IMG/VR virus record: IMGVR_UViG_3300020109_000007 | Span: 1-47,462 of that record | Origin: a virus | Lineage: Duplodnaviria > Heunggongvirae > Uroviricota > Caudoviricetes | Direction: 5' to 3' (one strand) | DNA length: 47,462 bases | Part shown: one piece after another, positions 1 to 8,212 of the stretch | Numbering within the stretch: position 1 is the first letter of the stretch | How the letters are laid out: each line of letters begins with the position of its first letter | Translations under genes and position numbers: made by a program | Notes under the pieces: generated by a model | The model's input: only the letters and a program-made list of their open reading frames with translations | Database searches by the model: none | Told to the model about the DNA's origin: nothing

Positions 1-1
1 A

Positions 2-82
2 TCTTCAAGGAATCACGCAGCACTTTGGTATTTTCTACGCAGATGTAAGGCACGACAAGCGGCTCAGGCCCAGGAAAATTAA
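2..82 (+). CDS. 3' end of an upstream ORF (partial, unknown function)
   Basis: Open frame SSRNHAALWYFLRRCKARQAAQAQEN* ends at TAA 80-82, overlapping the ATG at 82 (TAATG coupling). Confidence 0.3.
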   Translation, partial: SSRNHAALWYFLRRCKARQAAQAQEN

Positions 83-438
83 TGGCAATTCCACTAACCG
101 CAGCAGTCTGGGAAGAGACGATGGATCCCTGTGACTTCGTCGACTACGGAGTCGAGTATCGCGACCTTCTTCAGGACGACGAGGAAGTTACACGATTCAC
201 CGTATCTCTTCTCACCGAGTCCACGCTTCTAGGACTTCAACTCGGCACCGGCCCTCATGCTCCTAAAATCGACGACGAGATGGTTACGATCTGGCTCTCC
301 GTAGACCCAGCAAAGCAAGAGGACGCAGTATACCAGGGAACCGGCGTCAATCTTCCGATTGAGTTTACTTTCTTTACGAACTCGCAGCCCGAGCGTCGTC
401 GTCAGAGAACCGCAGTAGTAAGGGTGGTGCAGAAGTGA
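82..438 (+). CDS. Phage fibre-tail adaptor-like structural protein
   Basis: 118 aa, beta-rich, N-terminal MDPCDFVDYGVEY and C-terminal RRRQRTAVVRVVQK resemble the DPxDxxDY... fibre-adaptor family (recognised from memory). Confidence 0.5.
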   Translation: MAIPLTAAVWEETMDPCDFVDYGVEYRDLLQDDEEVTRFTVSLLTESTLLGLQLGTGPHAPKIDDEMVTIWLSVDPAKQEDAVYQGTGVNLPIEFTFFTNSQPERRRQRTAVVRVVQK

Positions 439-659
439 TATTTTATCGAAACAACTACGAGATCGCCTTTCAGAGAAAAGAGAATACGGCTACCGCGTCC
501 TATCGAGGTCGCACTCCCATCTTCTCCTCTGGAAAAGTCTACACGATCGACGGAGATCGCTGGCTAGTAGTCAACTACGTAGCCTCCTCCTACGTTCCGG
601 ACGTTATTAACGTAAATTTCAGACTAGTATATGACAGCCCTGACGAAGATCAGTCCTGA
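435..659 (+). CDS. Hypothetical protein
   Basis: 74 aa; GTGA overlap with the upstream stop; overlaps the terS start. Confidence 0.45.
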   Translation: MIFYRNNYEIAFQRKENTATASYRGRTPIFSSGKVYTIDGDRWLVVNYVASSYVPDVINVNFRLVYDSPDEDQS

Positions 660-1053
660 GGGATTTGACATAGCCAACGCCTTTCTGCAGTTCGGCACCG
701 TAGAAGATACGGCCGAGCAGTTATGCGTTCCGCGTCATGAGGTCGTAGAAGCTCTTCAGCGCCCCGAGGTAAAGAAGTATCTAGACGGCGTATATCTGGA
801 CAAGGGCTATCGAAATCGTGACAAGATCGGAGCACTGCTGGATCGTATAATCGAGGCCAAGATCGCAGATGCAGAAGAGACAGGAATTCTCTCTAGTAAA
901 GACTTAGTAGAGATTCTTCAGATTCAGCATAAGATGCGAATGGATGAGATTAAGGCTGCGAAGGAAAACGTACCAGGCACCGCAATTCAGGTCAACCAGA
1001 CGACCTACGGAGATAGCAACTACGGCGATCTCATGAAGAAGTTACTGCAATGA
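631..1053 (+). CDS. terS: Terminase small subunit, T5-like
   Basis: N-terminal HTH-like segment (ISPEGFDIANAFLQFGTVEDTAEQL), YLDKGYRNRDKI and C-terminal NYGDLMKKLL match T5-like small terminases; lies upstream of terL. Confidence 0.7.
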   Translation: MTALTKISPEGFDIANAFLQFGTVEDTAEQLCVPRHEVVEALQRPEVKKYLDGVYLDKGYRNRDKIGALLDRIIEAKIADAEETGILSSKDLVEILQIQHKMRMDEIKAAKENVPGTAIQVNQTTYGDSNYGDLMKKLLQ

Positions 1054-1406
1054 CCTTTTGGAAGTGGATTTATGAAGTGGGTCCAGGGTGGCCTACAGAG
1101 CGCCAGTGGGTAATGCTCCTGACGTATGGAATGGGTGTGATGATGCTAGTGATGGCGTATCATAATCCCTTATTATGGACAGTAGAGTTGTTTAAGACTC
1201 TCATTACGGTTGTAGTAGTTACAGGCTTCGTAAATCAGATCCTAGCTTACCACTACGCCGCGAACAAGGACGATGCTGAGAAGACTGCTAACACTGGTAA
1301 GGCTTTTGAGGCGATTGCGGCAGCGCGCAGAGGTGATGCAGAAGACCCCAGCATCATTCGAGAAGGAGACGTCGTCTCCGTGGAGAAGACAGATGGAAAT
1401 TCGTAG
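1050..1406 (+). CDS. Two-TM membrane protein (possible holin-like)
   Basis: Hydrophobic stretches WVMLLTYGMGVMMLVMAY and LFKTLITVVVVTGFVNQILAYHY followed by a charged C-terminus; ATGA coupling to terS. Confidence 0.55.
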   Translation: MTFWKWIYEVGPGWPTERQWVMLLTYGMGVMMLVMAYHNPLLWTVELFKTLITVVVVTGFVNQILAYHYAANKDDAEKTANTGKAFEAIAAARRGDAEDPSIIREGDVVSVEKTDGNS

Positions 1407-1689
1407 AGGTTATGTACACTGGGTTGACTCAGAGGGGCGCCACAAGGAAGAGCTGTACAAGCATCCCGACTTGCTGAAGAATGCAAGCGAGCGTGAGAAG
1501 CGATACGCTGAAGAGTTACGTGCCTTGAACGGCGACAGCGAGGATTATACGATTAGCCACAAGCCAGCACCGCTGAGCGCTGCTGAAGAGGAATTTGTAA
1601 ATGGCACTGACGATAAGCAGAGCGGACGTAGTATCGACGGAGATAATAGAGAATCTACCGAATCGGTTCATCAAGCTACCGATAAGTAA
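1393..1689 (+). CDS. Hypothetical acidic protein (start reassigned to ATG 1393)
   Basis: GGAGA upstream of ATG 1393 gives MEIRRGYVHWVDSEG...; the last 89 nt overlap terL in another frame. Confidence 0.45.
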   Translation: MEIRRGYVHWVDSEGRHKEELYKHPDLLKNASEREKRYAEELRALNGDSEDYTISHKPAPLSAAEEEFVNGTDDKQSGRSIDGDNRESTESVHQATDK

Positions 1690-2947
1690 GTATTTGGAAT
1701 CGACGCAGGGAGGAATTGAGCCTCTTCCGTCGCAGATTGCAATCATCAACGCAGTAAATAAGTATCGCTTTGTGTGCGCTGCGATCTCTCGTCGTCAGGG
1801 AAAGACGTTTATTGCGAATATAATTGGACAGTGCGTAGCTTTAGTTCCGGGCTGTAACATATTGATTATGTCGCCGAACTATTCCTTGTCCTCTATCTCG
1901 TGGGACTTGCAGCACATGTTGTTGAAGGCGCACAATCTAGAGACTGAGAAGGACAATGCAAAGGATCGTGTGGTAGAGCTGACGAATGGCTCTACGATTC
2001 GCATGGGTTCTGTAAATCAGGTCGACAGTTGCGTAGGGCGTTCCTATGATTTGATTATCTTCGACGAGGCGGCTCTGACGAGTGCGGGTGAGGATGCTTT
2101 TAACGTATCCTTGCGTCCGACACTAGATAGAGATAACGCTCGCGCAATCTTTATTAGTACTCCTCGTGGTAAGAGCAACTGGTTCAGCAAGTTCTATCAG
2201 CGCGGCTTCAGCTCCGAGTTTCCAGACTGGTGTTCGATTCACTCTACTTGGAGGGATAATCCTAGAATGACTGAGGACGACGTTCTGGAAGCAAAGCGCG
2301 CTATGAGTGAGGCTGAGTTTGCTCAGGAGTATGAGGCGTCGTTTAACAGCTATGTCGGTCAGATCTGGAAGCTGGACGAAGACTGCATCGTTGATCCTAA
2401 TGAAGTTGATGAAGAAAGTGGTTTGCTGAAATACCCAGAGTTTGTTCCAGGAGAAGTCGAGCTAGACATGATTTCGGGACTGGACTTAGGTTTTCGAGAC
2501 GCTACTGCTATGTGCGTTATCGGATACAATTACAAAAAAGACAAGTTCTTTGTGTTGGATGAGTATTACGGTAACGAGAAGACTACAGATAAACACGCTG
2601 AAGCAATTCAGTCGATGATCGACAAATGGGCTTTGGACTACATATTCATCGACTCTGCAGCACAGCAGACGCGCTTTGACCTTGCTCAGATGTACGACAT
2701 TCCAACGATCAACGCAAAGAAATCTTTGCTGGATGGAATTGGACACGTCGGGTCTCTGGTAGACAATAATAAGATTCTAGTGAGTCAAAACTGCACCGAA
2801 GTGCTCAAAGCCTTTGACGCTTATCGCTGGGATCCAAACCCAAACCTAATTAAAGAAAAGCCAGTGCACGATGATGCCTCTCACATGGCAGACGCTCTGC
2901 GCTACGCACTCTACTCATTTGAGGGAGCCGTAGGAATCACTTCATGA
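1601..2947 (+). CDS. terL: Terminase large subunit (T5-like)
   Basis: Walker A ISRRQGKT, Walker B LIIFDEAA, coupling motif ISTPRG, nuclease GLDLG and C-terminal HMADALRY. Confidence 0.95.
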   Translation: MALTISRADVVSTEIIENLPNRFIKLPISKYLESTQGGIEPLPSQIAIINAVNKYRFVCAAISRRQGKTFIANIIGQCVALVPGCNILIMSPNYSLSSISWDLQHMLLKAHNLETEKDNAKDRVVELTNGSTIRMGSVNQVDSCVGRSYDLIIFDEAALTSAGEDAFNVSLRPTLDRDNARAIFISTPRGKSNWFSKFYQRGFSSEFPDWCSIHSTWRDNPRMTEDDVLEAKRAMSEAEFAQEYEASFNSYVGQIWKLDEDCIVDPNEVDEESGLLKYPEFVPGEVELDMISGLDLGFRDATAMCVIGYNYKKDKFFVLDEYYGNEKTTDKHAEAIQSMIDKWALDYIFIDSAAQQTRFDLAQMYDIPTINAKKSLLDGIGHVGSLVDNNKILVSQNCTEVLKAFDAYRWDPNPNLIKEKPVHDDASHMADALRYALYSFEGAVGITS

Positions 2948-3063
2948 TATTGTGGTTTCAAGCACTAGGACTTCTACCGGGTGCACCTGTAAATCCTGGA
3001 GAAGACAATATTATCAGAGTTCCGGCCGTTACGCCGCGCTCTAGAATTACAAGGGTAAGATAA
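2944..3063 (+). CDS. 39-aa micro-ORF (not in the ORF track)
   Basis: MILWFQALGLLPGAPVNPGEDNIIRVPAVTPRSRITRVR*; ATGA overlap with the terL stop; its TAA (3061-3063) abuts ATG 3064, so it fills the gap exactly. Confidence 0.55.
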   Translation: MILWFQALGLLPGAPVNPGEDNIIRVPAVTPRSRITRVR

Positions 3064-3480
3064 ATGGCCGATAATCCAGTTGTTCCACTTCCAGCAAATA
3101 CAGCAATCGCAGCCGATGATATTGGCGGAGTAATGTATCCTCGTACTAAGCTCTCTATAGGAGCCGATGGCAGCGCTAGTGATGTAAGTTCCGCAAATCC
3201 TATGCCTTCTAGAGATAGTGAGGCGAAGACGAGTATTGATAGTGTAAAGACCAGTGTAGATGCTCTTAAGGTAGGTAACCTGGTCTCTGTTACTAAATCT
3301 GATACGGATCTGACTACGGCAATTAGAGCTCTATATGTGGGGACTGCCGGAGACGTAACTGTAAGATCTAACGGTCAAACGGTAGTCTTTAAGAACGTTC
3401 CTGCAGGCCAGTGGCTTCAAGGAAATATCAGTAGAGTCGCTGCGGCAAGTACGGCAGGAGACTTTGTAGGAGTTATCTAA
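3064..3480 (+). CDS. Head-spike base protein, RcGTA Rcc01079-like
   Basis: C-terminal SDTDLTTAIRALYVGTAGDVTV...VFKNVPAGQWL...RV matches the Rcc01079 pattern (RALYVGxxGDV...VPAG); the N-terminal ADDIGGVMYPRTKL...SSANPMP extension is typical of phage structural proteins. Confidence 0.72.
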   Translation: MADNPVVPLPANTAIAADDIGGVMYPRTKLSIGADGSASDVSSANPMPSRDSEAKTSIDSVKTSVDALKVGNLVSVTKSDTDLTTAIRALYVGTAGDVTVRSNGQTVVFKNVPAGQWLQGNISRVAAASTAGDFVGVI

Positions 3481-6400
3481 TGAGATTAGGACTAGGTCTG
3501 GGAGTATCACTGCTAACGCTTAGTACTCAGTTATTAGCTACCATTAAACCTATAGAAGTAATTGGTATTCCTGCGATCAGTGGCATCCCACGTATGGAAC
3601 AGACTCTCACCTTCGCTGATCCTGATAATGCTGCGGTAGAGGGTCGTCGTCTGCTGATACGCGGCCCTAACGCTGCTACAGAAACCCCTGGCTCAGATGC
3701 AGGTATTGCTGTGACTGAGGGAGCATTCGAGCTGTCCAACGCCACTCGTAGCGCTCTACGTGGTAAGTCGCTAAGCTACGGCACCTTGGTAAATGGCGAG
3801 TGGCTCCAGTCTGCTTGGACCCCTGACATTGAGGAATTTTACAGCTTCACCGGCGTTCCTAACGGAACCGCACCGGCGTCTGCGCCCGTCAATATGACTT
3901 TTCACTCAGGAGAGGACCAGCTTCAGGTTCTTAACGAAAAACTCACAACTAAAGCCTCTAATGGTGGCACAATCCGCTCCAATCGTGGGACTCCCAGTCA
4001 TTTTGTCGAGACCCGAGTGGATGGCACTGCCAGTCTTGTCAATGGTGAGGCCTATACGCAGCTGTATCTCTGTGCCAATGCCGACCTTTCTACGTTCTTG
4101 CGCGTCGACGCGCAGACGAATGGGTGCTTCGTTTTCGCGAATAGCGTTCTTATCGGCGCGTTCCAGAACTCGAACATGGGTATGAACTTCGGGAAGACGG
4201 GCAATCCCTCGGTTATTCGCGTCCAGCACAAGGTTGAGGGAGCTACTCGATACCTCATCTTGTTCTTCGACGGCACTGAGATTTCGCGCCTGAACCTTAG
4301 CGCGCAAACGGGCGCGACCAAGACGGCTGTTGACGCCACGGCTGCAAACACTCACGTCATGCTCCGCTGCAATCGGTTTGCGACTCTGGACGACATTCTG
4401 TTTGGCTCAGCGCCGATTGAACGGCTTGTAATTTCGCGGATTGCTGAATTCAGCCCTAGCTATGTGCCGGGTGATAAGCGTGCTCGCGTCACAGCGTTTT
4501 CGTTCGAGCCTCTGACGACGCCGATGTTGCGAGTGGAGGCGGACGGACAGGTGCTGCACGACGCCGCTCCTGTTGAATACAATCGCGCCCCGGATGGAAA
4601 TATCGAGGCTGTATGTGGTTACTCCGGTCGTGCGTGGGAGGGTAAGCAGACCACCTTCACCATGTATGACGCAGCCGAACCCACTGTTGCCAGCAACAGA
4701 AACCAGTTGATTAGGGTTGATGCAACGCCTGGTGAGGCTCTGCATGGCATGAACGAGGCTTTTGGGGTTTCCCTACCGGCCATCAACCTGTTCAAGCACT
4801 TCCGGCCGACATGTAATTTTCAGCAATATGACGGAAGGTTTGTAAACCGATCTGTCTTTCCGGCACGTCTGTTGGTGGACAGTGCTCAGGCAGCTCGTGC
4901 GCCATATCTTCATGAGAATGGTGTGGATACCGTTCATCCTACAGACCATATTGATGGCTCGTTGATCGGTATTATCGACGGTTCCAATACCATTGCTGGT
5001 CCGATTGACCCTCGCGTCAACCAAGTGAACTTTACGCTGGACGTTCGCTGGCCGTCCGATGCTCAGAATGAACTGTATGGCGATTACGTCGTCGAAATCC
5101 CAACGTCGTGGAGTCTGGAACCAAAGGAAGAAATCGGCAATCAGTGGTTGAAGATCAGTGGTCCCGATACCTTGGTGAAGCCGGGTTTCAAGGTTTGGCG
5201 CTTCCGGAAGAACTGGACTTCTCCCGAAGGGCGAGTTCGTCCCCACGTGGACACCTTCTCCTTCATTAATGGCATGGCCGCCATTCCTTCCCGTGAAGTG
5301 CAGAAGACGGTATTCGTCGGGCGAATTAACGCCGATGGCTCTGACTTTCATGATCGCAGCAAGCTGCTTCGTCCGGTCGCTCGCGCATACCTGACGGGAT
5401 TGAACGGCATGATGCGCTACATGAATGACGCTGGCTGCAACCAGAATTACCAGAATGTCAACCACGCTCCGGCTGATCGAGATGTTAAGGGCAAGATCAT
5501 CACTCCGCAGTTGATGACCCAAGTTGACAGCATGACCTGGGACATCATGCCAATCGAGGCGTATGGGGAGGCTTGCCACGCTAACGGCATGAGCCTCTGG
5601 CTGACCTTCCCAGCACTATTGGACGCCGCTGCTCGGCAGGCCCTCTTCAATCGGGCCAAGGCATCTATGCCAGCGGGGCGAAAGATCGGCGGCACGGTGT
5701 CCAACGAGCGCTGGCACTTTGCTCCAGCCTTCCAGCAGACGTTCGATCTTGCTGCCCGTCAAATTGCAGCTGGCCGCTCGGAGTTGTGGATGCAACACGC
5801 AGTTGAGTGCTGCGAACTGTTTGACCAGTTCGCGGATGAACCGGACTTTATTCCGATTTTTGAATGGCAGTTCGGAAACTACACCGCTGCTGAGGGGATC
5901 GTAACCAACTACCTCAACTACCCTATTCCCTCTGGTGGCACTTTGGGTGATCGACTGTCGATCGGCGGTGAGGATCAGCCTGGGCTTATCGTGGGCGCGA
6001 TCTACGTTGGCGACCTCATGGCCTCGTTTGACGAAAACGGAGAGGTGCGTGCCCAAGGGTTTAACGGGGTCAACCGCAGGTACGTCAACATTGCCGGTCT
6101 GGCAGCGAACCTTGGCGATCCGCAAACCGCCAAGAACTACCTCCTGTCCGGCCTCCGCACATGCCTCGAAACGTTCACGAAGCCCGCAAACTACAGAGCA
6201 TGCAATGAGATCGCGCGGGCGAATGTCGCTGCCGGGAGACCGGCCAACTCGGTGATCCATGGCCTGTATGAGTGGGCTGCCCAGAACTTTATCTTCGACA
6301 GCGGGAACCCTGCCGCGCCCGTCACCAAGCAGCAATACACCGATCGAGTTCTACAGCTCCTCAGAAGCCCGGAATATGGAGCGTTCTTTGCTGAGGTGAC

Positions 6401-6578
6401 TGAGTACCTGGACAAGTGCGGCATGAACTCCGCTGCTTTTGCCTCGGCTCAGCAGATCCCTGCTCTTGGCGAGCCGTTGCCTTACGGCTTCTTCTCGATG
6501 GCAGACAGCGTCTCGGCATGGCGCACTCAGTCACCGGCCAAGGAGTACCAAGCGAAGGTCGAGGAACTTCATCCATAA
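3480..6578 (+). CDS. Head-spike fibre (Rcc01080-like N-terminus) with a putative lectin-like domain and a C-terminal glycoside hydrolase-like domain
   Basis: Starts MRLGLGLGVSL directly after the spike base (TAATG overlap); Ig-like PAISGIPR..QTLT; beta-sandwich middle; GH-like motifs GMNEAF..INLFKHFRP, MRYMND, PIEAYGEAC..LWLTFP, VSNERW, LYEW. Confidence 0.68.
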   Translation: MRLGLGLGVSLLTLSTQLLATIKPIEVIGIPAISGIPRMEQTLTFADPDNAAVEGRRLLIRGPNAATETPGSDAGIAVTEGAFELSNATRSALRGKSLSYGTLVNGEWLQSAWTPDIEEFYSFTGVPNGTAPASAPVNMTFHSGEDQLQVLNEKLTTKASNGGTIRSNRGTPSHFVETRVDGTASLVNGEAYTQLYLCANADLSTFLRVDAQTNGCFVFANSVLIGAFQNSNMGMNFGKTGNPSVIRVQHKVEGATRYLILFFDGTEISRLNLSAQTGATKTAVDATAANTHVMLRCNRFATLDDILFGSAPIERLVISRIAEFSPSYVPGDKRARVTAFSFEPLTTPMLRVEADGQVLHDAAPVEYNRAPDGNIEAVCGYSGRAWEGKQTTFTMYDAAEPTVASNRNQLIRVDATPGEALHGMNEAFGVSLPAINLFKHFRPTCNFQQYDGRFVNRSVFPARLLVDSAQAARAPYLHENGVDTVHPTDHIDGSLIGIIDGSNTIAGPIDPRVNQVNFTLDVRWPSDAQNELYGDYVVEIPTSWSLEPKEEIGNQWLKISGPDTLVKPGFKVWRFRKNWTSPEGRVRPHVDTFSFINGMAAIPSREVQKTVFVGRINADGSDFHDRSKLLRPVARAYLTGLNGMMRYMNDAGCNQNYQNVNHAPADRDVKGKIITPQLMTQVDSMTWDIMPIEAYGEACHANGMSLWLTFPALLDAAARQALFNRAKASMPAGRKIGGTVSNERWHFAPAFQQTFDLAARQIAAGRSELWMQHAVECCELFDQFADEPDFIPIFEWQFGNYTAAEGIVTNYLNYPIPSGGTLGDRLSIGGEDQPGLIVGAIYVGDLMASFDENGEVRAQGFNGVNRRYVNIAGLAANLGDPQTAKNYLLSGLRTCLETFTKPANYRACNEIARANVAAGRPANSVIHGLYEWAAQNFIFDSGNPAAPVTKQQYTDRVLQLLRSPEYGAFFAEVTEYLDKCGMNSAAFASAQQIPALGEPLPYGFFSMADSVSAWRTQSPAKEYQAKVEELHP

Positions 6579-6579
6579 T

Positions 6580-6617
6580 AAAAAGTCAAGCACTAAAATT
6601 TTAGTGCTTGACTTTTT
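6580..6617. terminator. Perfect 38-bp palindrome (likely intrinsic terminator overlapping a promoter)
   Basis: aaaaagtcaagcactaaaa|ttttagtgcttgacttttt starts 2 nt after the fibre stop; T-tract on both strands. Confidence 0.65.
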
Positions 6618-6636
6618 TACCCCATAATGTTATACT
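6608..6636 (+). promoter_or_regulatory. Sigma70-type promoter for the head operon
   Basis: TTGACT-17 nt-TATACT with an AT-rich upstream element; AGGAGG RBS before TTG 6658. Confidence 0.8.
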
Positions 6637-6657
6637 GCATGAAATTAAGGAGGAAAT

Positions 6658-7035
6658 TTGGCACATAACCTACGCAGAGATCCCATAAAATTCGTACGGG
6701 ACAAAGCGAAGGCGCGCTACGAGAAGGGAACAGAGTGTGAAATTTGCGGGACAACAGAATCGCTTGATTTTCACCACTATTATACCCTTACGCCTCTCTT
6801 TAACAGTTGGTTAAAGAAAAACAAGATTAGTATTAAGTCAGACGATGACGTACTGGCTATCAGAGATAGATTTATTGAAGAGCACATGGATGAATTGTAT
6901 AAGCATACAGTTACTATATGTCATGAGCATCATATGAAGCTTCACTCTATCTACGGAAAAGACCCTCCTCTAGCAACTGCACCCAAGCAGAAACGGTGGG
7001 TTGCAATTCAGAGGGAAAAGAATGGGCTTTCTTGA
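6658..7035 (+). CDS. HNH-family endonuclease (T5-like nicking/packaging nuclease)
   Basis: CxxC (CEICG), LDFHHY, CHEHHMKLH; sits immediately before the portal as in T5-like phages. Confidence 0.85.
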   Translation: MAHNLRRDPIKFVRDKAKARYEKGTECEICGTTESLDFHHYYTLTPLFNSWLKKNKISIKSDDDVLAIRDRFIEEHMDELYKHTVTICHEHHMKLHSIYGKDPPLATAPKQKRWVAIQREKNGLS

Positions 7036-8212
7036 TTTTACACTTACAAAGCTTAATCCTACGCAGCAGTATCTGAGCAATTCGGGTACTGCTGAATTCT
7101 CGTCAGAAACCGATACGTTTTCCTACCAGCAATGTTACGAGCAAATTGAGATAGTTCAACGAGCCATCAACATGATCGTAGACGACGTTGCAGCAATTCC
7201 GACTTCCGTCGGAAATCAGCTGCAAAATACGTATCGCACGACACCAATAGTGAAGAAGAAGACTCTAGAGAGAGTTCTCAATCATGAGGCAAATCCGTTT
7301 CAAGACGTAAATGCCTTTAAGAGAGCCTTCCTCCTAGACCTAATTATAGAAGGGAACGCCTTTCTATACTTTGACGGAACTCACCTTTATCATCAGCCTG
7401 CTACTAAGATGGTAGTTCTTAGCGATCCTAAGACGCTAGTTACAGGTTATAAGTTCGAGAACTCCGTAACCTTCAGTCCAGATGAGATAATTCACATAAA
7501 GGACAACAGCTACAAGAATATATACAGAGGAGGCTCCAGACTAGAGCCCGCCTTACGCACCATGAAGATCATCATAGAGATGCGTAAGTTTCAGGATAAC
7601 TTCTTTAAGAATGGAGCGGTTCCTGGTCTAGTACTAAAGAGTCCTAATACTCTCAACGATAGGCTTAAGAAGAAACTTTTAGACGAGTGGAGAAAAGGTT
7701 ATCGTCCTTCTTCCGGAGGTCGCAGACCTATGATTCTCGACTCTGGACTAGAGATAGATGATATATCTAACTTTAATTTCAAAGATCTAGACTTCGAGGC
7801 GTCTATCAAGACTTGCGAAGAGACTGTACTGAAGAGCCTAGGAGTTCCTCCTATTCTTCTGGATACGGGGAATAACGCAAATCTAAGACCAAATCATCGA
7901 CTCTTCTATCTTGAGACAATTATTCCAATTCTCAATAAGGTAAACTCCGCTCTATCCAGTTTCTTTGGATTCGAGGTTTACGAGGATACCACTTATATTG
8001 AGGCACTTAGACCTGAGTTGCGAGATCAAGCAGCTTATCTACAGAGTCTAGTGAACAGCGGTATCATTACTGCAAACGAAGCCCGCGATCAGCTTGGTCT
8101 TGAGCCAGACAGTGATCCCGAGAGCGACAAACTTAGAATCCCTGCAAATATAGCGGGTAGCGCAGCTAATCCTTCTGTCGGAGGCGCTCCCAAGAAGGAT
8201 GAAGATGAGTAA
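7022..8212 (+). CDS. Portal protein (HK97/T5 pb7 type); start ATG 7022
   Basis: LLDLIIEGNAF, EIIHIK, NFFKNGAVPGLVL, LGVPPILL, GIITANEARDQLGL portal motifs. Confidence 0.93.
   Translation: MGFLDFTLTKLNPTQQYLSNSGTAEFSSETDTFSYQQCYEQIEIVQRAINMIVDDVAAIPTSVGNQLQNTYRTTPIVKKKTLERVLNHEANPFQDVNAFKRAFLLDLIIEGNAFLYFDGTHLYHQPATKMVVLSDPKTLVTGYKFENSVTFSPDEIIHIKDNSYKNIYRGGSRLEPALRTMKIIIEMRKFQDNFFKNGAVPGLVLKSPNTLNDRLKKKLLDEWRKGYRPSSGGRRPMILDSGLEIDDISNFNFKDLDFEASIKTCEETVLKSLGVPPILLDTGNNANLRPNHRLFYLETIIPILNKVNSALSSFFGFEVYEDTTYIEALRPELRDQAAYLQSLVNSGIITANEARDQLGLEPDSDPESDKLRIPANIAGSAANPSVGGAPKKDEDE

Noticed and set aside
6560-6590. Mirror-image TTGACT on the minus strand (possible divergent promoter)
   Set aside because: No -10-like hexamer 16-18 nt downstream (TTCCTC).
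3527-6627. Many long antisense and alternate-frame ORFs (e.g. 4773..5579, 5616..6335, 3906..4355)
   Set aside because: They are shadows of the GC-rich fibre gene, with no RBS, motifs or promoter on the minus strand.
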